Shown here: one piece after another, positions 56,560 to 64,000 of the stretch
How the letters are laid out: every line of letters starts with the position of its first letter
Position numbering within the stretch: position 1 is the first letter of the stretch
DNA from: Squalus acanthias
Lineage: Eukaryota
Reading direction: 5' to 3'
Assembly (NCBI GenBank): GCA_030390025.1
Contig: CM059431.1
Location: 137,642,001 to 137,706,000 of the forward strand
DNA: 64,000 nt
Position numbers and translations under genes: made by a program
Notes under the pieces: model-generated
Seen by the model: the letters and a program-made list of their open reading frames with translations, nothing else
Told to the model about the DNA's origin: nothing
Databases searched by the model: none

Positions 56560-59154
56560 GATGAGTTGCCTTGAGGATGAGTTCATTGAGTGTATTAGGG
56601 ATGGGTTTCTTGAGCAGTATGTAACTGAACCGACCAGGGGGCAAGCAACCTTAGATCTGGTCCTGTGTAACGAGACAGGATTAATTAAAAATGTCCTAGT
56701 AAAAGATCCCCTTGGAATGAGTGACCATAACATGGTTGAATTCCATATTCAATTAGAGGGTGAGAAGGTTGGATCTCAAACAAGCGTGCTAAGCTTGAAT
56801 AAAGGAGACTATGAAGGTATGCGAGCGGAATTGAGTAGAGTGGATTGGGAAAATAGATTAAAGGGTAAGACGACACATGATCAGTGGTGTACATTCAAGG
56901 AGTTATTTTACAACTTCCAAAAAAAATATATTCCACTGAAAAGAAAAGGGTGTAAAAGAAAGGACAGTCATCCGTGGCTAAGTAAAGAAATTAAGGATAG
57001 TATTCGACTAAAAACAAGGGCATATAAGGTAGCGAAATCTAGTGGGAGGACAGAGGATTGGGAAAACTTTAAAAGGCAGCAAAAAATAACAAAACGATTG
57101 ATTAAGAAAGGGAAGATAGATTATGAAAGTAAATTAGCAAAAAATATAAAAACAGATAGTAAGAGTTTTTATAGTTATATAAAAAGAAAAAGGGTGGCTA
57201 AAGTAAATGTTGGTCCCTTAGAGGATGAGACCGGGAAATAATGGTGGAAAATATGGAGATGGCGAAAACACTGAATGAATATTTTGTATCAGTCTTTACA
57301 ATAGAGGACACTAAGAATATCCCAACACTGGACAAACAGGGAGCTATAGGGGGAGAGGAGCTAAACACGATCAAAATCACTAAGGAAGTGGTACTCGGTA
57401 AAATAATGGGACTCAAGGCGGATTAATCACCTGGACCTGATGGCTTACATCCTAGAGTCTTGAAGGAAGTGGCGGTAGGGATTGTAGATGCATTGGTAAT
57501 AATTTTTCAAAACTCCCTAGATTCTGCTAAGGTCCCGGCAGACTGGAAAACTGCTAATGTAACACCCTTATTTAAAAAGGGCAGTAGACAGAAGGCTGGT
57601 AACTATAGACTGGTTAGCCTAACATCTGTGGTAGGTAAAATTTTGGAGTCCATTATTAAGGAAACATTAACAGGACATTTGGATAATCATAATTTAATAG
57701 GACAAAGTCAGTATGGTTTTACGAAGGGGAAGTCATGTTTGACAAATTTGCTGGAGTTCTTTGAGGAAGTAACATATAGAGTGGATAAAGGGGAACCAGT
57801 GGACGTAGTGTATTTAGACTTCCAAAAGGCATTTGACAAGGTGCCACACAAAAGATTATTGCTTAAGGTAAAAAATCACGGGATTGGGGGTAATATTCTG
57901 GCATGGATAGAGGATTGGCTATCTAACAGAAAGCAAAGAGTTGGGATAAATGGTTCATTCTCAGACTGGCAATCAGTAACTAGTGGTGTTCCACAGGGGT
58001 CAGTGCTGGGTCCCCAACTCTTCACAATCTATATTAACGATTTGGAGGAAGGGACCAAGTGTAACATATCAAAATTTGCAGATGATACAAAGATGGGAGG
58101 GAAAGTAGTGAGTGAGGAGGACATTAAAAAACCTGCAAGGGGACATAGACAGGCTAAGTAAGTGGGCAGAGATTTGGCAGATGGAATACAACACTGGAAA
58201 GTGTGAGGTGATGCACTTTGGCAGGAAAAATCCTAGAGCAATTTATTATCTTAATGGCAAGAAACTGGAGAGTACTGAAGTGCAAAGGGATCTGGGGGTC
58301 CTGGTGCACGAAACTCAAAAGGTTAGTATGCAGGTGCAGCAAGTGATTAAGAAGGCAAATGGAATGTTGGCTTTCATTGCTAGGGGGATAGAATATAAAA
58401 ATAGGGAGGTATTGCTTCAGTTGTACAAGGTATTGGTGAGACCGCACCTGGAATACTGCATACAGTTTTGGTGTCCTTACTTAAGGAAAGACATCCTTGC
58501 TCTCGAGGCAGTGCAAAAAAGGTTCACTCGGTTAATCCCGGGGATGAGGGGGTGGTCATATGAGGAGAGGTTGGGTAGATTGGGACTCTACTCATTGGAG
58601 TTCAGAAGAATGAGAGGCGATCTTATTGAAACATATAAGATTGTGAAGGGGTTGGATCGGGTGGATGCGGGGAGGATGTTCCCGATGACGGGTGAGACGA
58701 GAACTAGGGGACATAGTCTTAGAATAAGGGGCTGCTCTTTCAAAACTGAGATGAGGAGGAACTACTTCACTCAGAGGGTGATAGGTCCATGGAATATGCT
58801 GCCACAAAAAGCTGTAGAAGCTACAACATTAATTAAATTTAAAACAGAAATAGACAGTTTCCTAGAAGTAAAGGGCATTAAGGGTTACGGGGAGCGGGCA
58901 GGAATTTGGACATGAGTCTAGGTTCGGATCGGTCATGGCCCTGTGGGTAGTGGAGCGGGCCCAGGGACTGTGTAGCCTGATTCTGCTCCTATTTCGTGTG
59001 TGCAATTCTGTTAGATGCAGGAGATGGTTCTGTGATAGATAGTAGATTGGCGGTTAGGATCAGATCAGCCATGATCTTATTGAATGGCGGAGCAGGCTCG
59101 AGGGGCCGATTGGCCTACTCCTGCTCCTATTTCTTATGTTCTTATGTTCTTATG
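56560..59154 (+). mobile_element. 5'-truncated CR1, near-identical to 36392-38980
   Basis: Same protein sequence apart from a few substitutions, a -1 frameshift (~57239), a stop (57424-57426) and a +1 frameshift (~58125). The 3' UTR reads the same as in the young copy. Confidence 0.95.
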
Positions 59155-62100
59155 TAATGTTAGAGTAGATTCACCACCATTAATGCTAGAGTAGAGTCAC
59201 CACGATAATTTTAGATTTGAAACACCACCAGTAAGTTAGAGTAGAGTCGCCACGAGTAATGATAGAGTAGGTCCTCACCAGTTATGTTAGAGTAGAGACA
59301 CCACCAATAATGTTATAGTAGAGTCACCAGCAGTAGTGTTAGAGTAGAGTCACCATCAGTAATGTTAGAGTAAGAGTCATCAGCAGTAATGTTAGTTTAG
59401 TTTCACCACCAATAATGTTAGAGTATGGTCACCACCAGTAATTTTAGATTAGAATCACCACCATTAATGTTAGAGTAGAGTCACCACAAGTAATGATAGA
59501 GTAGGGCCACACCAGTAATGTTAGAGTAGAGACACCGCCAGTAATGTTAGAGCAGAGTCACCAGCATTAATGTTAGAGTTGGTTCATAACCAGTAATGTT
59601 AGCGTAGGGTCACGAGCATAATGTTATAGTAGTTTCACCACCATGTTAGAGAAGAGTCATCACCAGTAATGTTAGAGTAGAGTCACCACCAGTAATGTTA
59701 GAGTAGTGTCACCGCCAGTAATGTTAGATAGGATCACCACCAGTAATGTTAGAGTAGAGTTACCAGCAGTATTGTTAGAGTAGATACATCAGCAGTAATG
59801 CTATAGTAGGGTCACCATCCAGTAATGTTAGATTAGGTTCACCAACATTAATGTTAGAGTAGAGTAAACACCAGTAATGTTAGGATTGGGTCACCACCAG
59901 TAATGTTAGAGGAGGGTCACCACCAGTAATGTTAGAGTAGAGTCACCACCAGTAATGTTAGATTAGAATCACCAACAGTAATGTTAGAGCAGGGTCACCA
60001 TCAGTAATGTTAGCGTAGGGTCAATAGCAGTAATGTATAGCAGGTTCACCACCAGTAATGTTAGAGTAGAGACACCAGCAGTAATGTTTGAGTAGATTCA
60101 CCAGCAGTAATGTTAGAGTAGAGTCAACACCAGTAATTTTAGATTAGAATCACCACCCATAAGTTAGAATAGAGAAACCACCACTAATTTTAGGTTAGAA
60201 TCACCACCAGTAAGTTAGAGTAGAGTCACCACCTGTAATGTTAGACTAGAGTCACCACGATAATTTTAGATTAGAAACACCACCAGTAAGTTAGAGTAGA
60301 GTCGCCACGAGTAATGATAGAGTAGGGCCTCACCAGTTATGTTAGAGTAGAGACTCCACCAATAATGTTATAGTAGAGTCACCAGCAGTAGTGTTAGAGT
60401 AGAGTCACCACCAGTAATGTTACAGCAATGTCACCACTATTAATTTTAGATTAGGGTCACAACCAGTAATGTTAGAGTAGGGTCACCACCAGTAATGTTA
60501 GAGCAGGACCACCACAATTAATGTCAGAGTAGGGTCACCAGTAGTAATGTTAGAGTAGGTTCATCACCAGTAATGTTAGAGTAGGGTCACCACCAGTAAT
60601 GTTAAAGTCGAGTCACCACCAGTAATTTTAGATTAGAATCACCACCATTAATGTTAGAGTAGAGTCACCACAAGTAATGTTCGATTAGAATCACCACCAT
60701 TAACGTTAGAGCAGAGTCGCCACGAGTAATGATAGAGTAGGGCCACACCAGTAATGTTAGAGTAGAGACACTACCAGTAATGTTAGAGCTGAGTCACCAG
60801 CAGTAATGTTATAGTAGAGTCACCACCAGTAATGTTAGAGTAGGGTCACCAGCAGTAATGTTAGCGTAGGGTCACGAGCATAATGTTATAGTAGTTTCAC
60901 CAACATTCATGTTAGAGAAGAGTCATCACCAGTAATGTTAGAGTAGAGTCACCACCAGTAATGTTAGATTAGAATCACCAACAGTAATGTTAGAGCAGGG
61001 TCACCATCAGTAATGTTAGCATAGGGTCAACAGCAGTAATGTATAGCAGGTTCACCATCAGTAATGTTAGAGTAGAGACACCAGCAGTAATATTTGAGTA
61101 GGGTCACCATCAGTAATGTTAGAGTAGAGACACCACCAGTAATTTTAGATTAGAATCACCACCAGTAAGTTAGAGTAGATTCACCACCATTAATGCTAGA
61201 GTAGATTCACCACGATAATTTAATATTAGAAACACCACCAGTAAGTTAGAGTAGAGTCGCCACGAGTAATGATAGAGTAGTGCCTCACCAGTTATGTTAG
61301 AGTAGAGACACCACCAATAATGTCAGAGTAGTGTCACCATCAGTAATGTTAGAGTAGAGTCACCAGCAGAATTGTTATAGTAGGGTCACCACCAGTAATG
61401 TTAGAGCAGAGTCACCACCAATAATGTTAGAGTAGAATCACCACCAGTGATGTTAGATTAGAATCACCACCAGTAATTTTAGATTAGAATCACCACCAGT
61501 AATGTTAAAGTAGAGTCACCACCAGTAATGTTAGAGTCGAGTCACCAGCAGTAGTGTTAGAGCAGAGTCACCAGCAGTAATGTTAGAGTAGTGTCACCAC
61601 CAGTTACGTTGGAGTAGAGTCACCACTAGTAATGTTAGAGTAGGGTCACCACCAGTAATATTAGAGTAGGGTCACCACGAGTAATGTTAGCATAGGGTCA
61701 CCACCAGTAATGTTAGAGCAGGTTCACCACAAGTAATGTCAGAGTAGGTTAATCACCAGTAATTTTAGATTAGAGTCACCACCAGTTATGTTAGAGTTGA
61801 GTCACCAGCAGTAATGTTAGATTAGAGTCACCCACAATAATGTTAGAGTAGGGTCACCATCAGTAATGTTAGAGCAGTGTCACACCAGTAATGTTAGTGT
61901 CGGCACTCCTCCAGTAATGTTATTGTAGGGTCATCTGCATTTATGTTAGAGAAGAGTCAGGACCAGTAATGTTAGAGTAGGGTCACCACTAGTAATGTTA
62001 GAGCAGGGTCACCTCCAGTAATGTTAGTGCTGAGATACCAACAGTAATGTTGGAGTAGGGTCACCAACAGTAATGTTAGAGCTGCGACATCACCAGTAAT

Positions 62101-64000
62101 GTTAGAGCAGGTACACCACCAGTAATGTTAGAGTAGATTCACCGCCAGTAGGGTCACCACCAGTAATGTTAGAGCAGGTTCACCTCCAGTAGTGTTAGAG
62201 TAGGCTAAGCACCAGTAATGTTACAGCAGACTCATCACCAGTAATGTTAGAGAAAGGTCGCCAGCAGTAATGTTATAGCCGTTTCAGCAGCAGTAATGTT
62301 AGAGTAGCGTCACCACCAGTAATGTTAGAGCAGGTTCACCACCACTAATGAAGAGTAGGATCACTACCAGCAATGGTAGCCTAGATTCATGGGATGTACT
62401 GTGAGTGCAGGAACAACTTCAGTAGTGTTAGCGTAGGGTCATCACCTGTAAGGTTATCTAGGATCAATAACAGTAATGTCATCATCGTGTCATCACCAGT
62501 AATGTTAGAATAGGGACACCACCAGTAATGTTAGAGTAGGGTCACCACCAGTAATGTTAGAGTAAAGTCACCAGCAGTAATGTTAGAGTAGAGTCATCAG
62601 CAGTAGTGTTAGAGTAGGTTGACCACCAGTAATGTTGGAGTAGGGTCACCAGCATTAATGTTGGAGTAGGTTCACCACCAATAATGTTAGAGCAGAATCA
62701 CAACCACTAATGTCGGAGTAGAATCACCACCAGTAATGTTATAGTAGGCGCACCACCAGTAATGTTACAGTAGGTTCACCACCATTAAAGTGAGAGTAGG
62801 GTCACCACCAGTAATGTTATAGTAGGTTCACCACCAGTAATGTTAGAGTAGGGTCCCCACCATTAATGTTAGTGTAGGGTCACCACCAGTAATGTTACAG
62901 TAGGTTCACCACCATTAAAGTGAGAGTAGAGTCACCAGCAGTAATGTTAGAGCAGAGTCACAACCACTAATGTTAGAGTAGGGTCACCAGCAGTAGTGTT
63001 AGTGTAGAATCACCACCAGTAATGTTAGAGCAGGGTCACCACCAGTAATGTTAAAGTAGGTTCTCCAAAAGTATTGTTAGAGCAGAGTCACAACCACTAA
63101 TGTGAGAGAAGGGTGACCAGCAGTAATGTTATAGTAGGTTCACCACCAGTAATGTTAGAGTAGAGTCACCACCAGTAATGTTGGAGTAGAATCACCACCA
63201 GTAATGTTAGAGTAGAGTCACCAGCAGTAATGTTAGAGCAGAGTCACCACCAGTAATGTTAGAGGAGAGTCACAACCAGTAATGTATGAGTTGGGTCACC
63301 ACCAGTAATGTTAGATTAGAATCACCACTAGTATTGTTAGTGTAGAGTCACCACCAGTAATGATAGAGTAGAGACACCACCAGTAATGTTAGAGCAGTGT
63401 CAGCACCAGTAATGTTAGAGTAGGGTCACCACCAGTAGTGTTAGTGTTGAGTCACCAACAGTAATGTTAGAGTAGAGTCACCAGCAATAGTATTCGAGTA
63501 GAGTCACCAGCGGTAATGTTAGAGTTGGGGCACCACCAGTAATGTTAGAGCAGAGTCACCACCAGTAATCTAACAGTAAAATCACAATCAGTAGTGTTGG
63601 AGTAGACTCACCACCAGTAATGTTAGAGTAGGGTCACCATCAATAATGTCAGAGTAGGGTCTCCACCAGTAATGCTAGATTCGGTTCACCATCAGTATGT
63701 TAGAGCAGAGTCACCACCAGTAATGTTAGAGTCGAGTCACCAGCAGTAGTGTTAGAGCAGAGTCACCAGCAGTAATGTTAGAGTAGTGTCACCACCATTT
63801 ACGTTGGAGTAGAGTCACCACCAGTAATGTTAGAGTAGAGTCACCACTGTTAAAGTTAGAGCAGAATAACCAGCAGAAGTGTTAGAGCAGAGTCACCACC
63901 AGTAATGTTAGAGTTGGGTCACCACCAGTAATATTAGAGTAAGGTCACCACCAGTAATATTAGAGTAAGGTCACCACCAGTAATGTTAGAGCAGGGTCAC

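Larger units (their letters stand above)
46878..64000. repeat. 26-bp satellite array, main body; continues past the window end; interrupted at 49566-50170 and 56560-59154
   Basis: Hundreds of head-to-tail CACCACCAGTAATGTTAGAGTAG(G/A)GT monomers. Confidence 0.98.

Noticed and set aside
56531..57241. ORF starting in the satellite
   Set aside because: The GTG start lies in a satellite monomer that happens to be in frame with the truncated CR1 ORF2.
46878..64000. CRISPR-like appearance of regularly spaced short repeats
   Set aside because: Monomers are head-to-tail with no unique spacers, there are no cas genes, and the context is vertebrate; this is a satellite.

Overview
Eukaryotic, repeat-rich vertebrate DNA, most consistent with a cartilaginous fish (shark-like NLR protein and repeat families; inference, not a database match). 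Bases 1-4584 hold the 3' half of an apparently intact NLR (NACHT-LRR, NLRP3/NLRC3-like) immune receptor gene, with six exons that splice in frame to a stop codon. Bases 4.7-32 kb contain minisatellites, diverged local duplications, decayed CR1/L2-type LINEs, Penelope-like element (PLE) pieces with hammerhead-ribozyme motifs, a Tx1 fragment and a tRNA-Lys pseudogene. From ~31.9 kb to the end is a 26-bp satellite array invaded by CR1 LINEs. One of them is a nested stack at 35-47 kb: a full-length decayed CR1 whose 5' UTR carries a younger CR1 with an uninterrupted 983-aa ORF2, an internally deleted Tx1 element and a PLE hammerhead insert, each bounded by visible target-site duplications (TSDs). 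The most notable observations are the PLE hammerheads and a perfect 90-bp hairpin just after the NLR stop codon, CR1 3' ends that join the satellite at the same phase, a GDFN->GNFN catalytic change in the only open ORF2, a duplicated CR1 3' module, and an ORF1+zinc-finger-only Tx1 derivative. I cannot claim a wholly new biological system from sequence alone.
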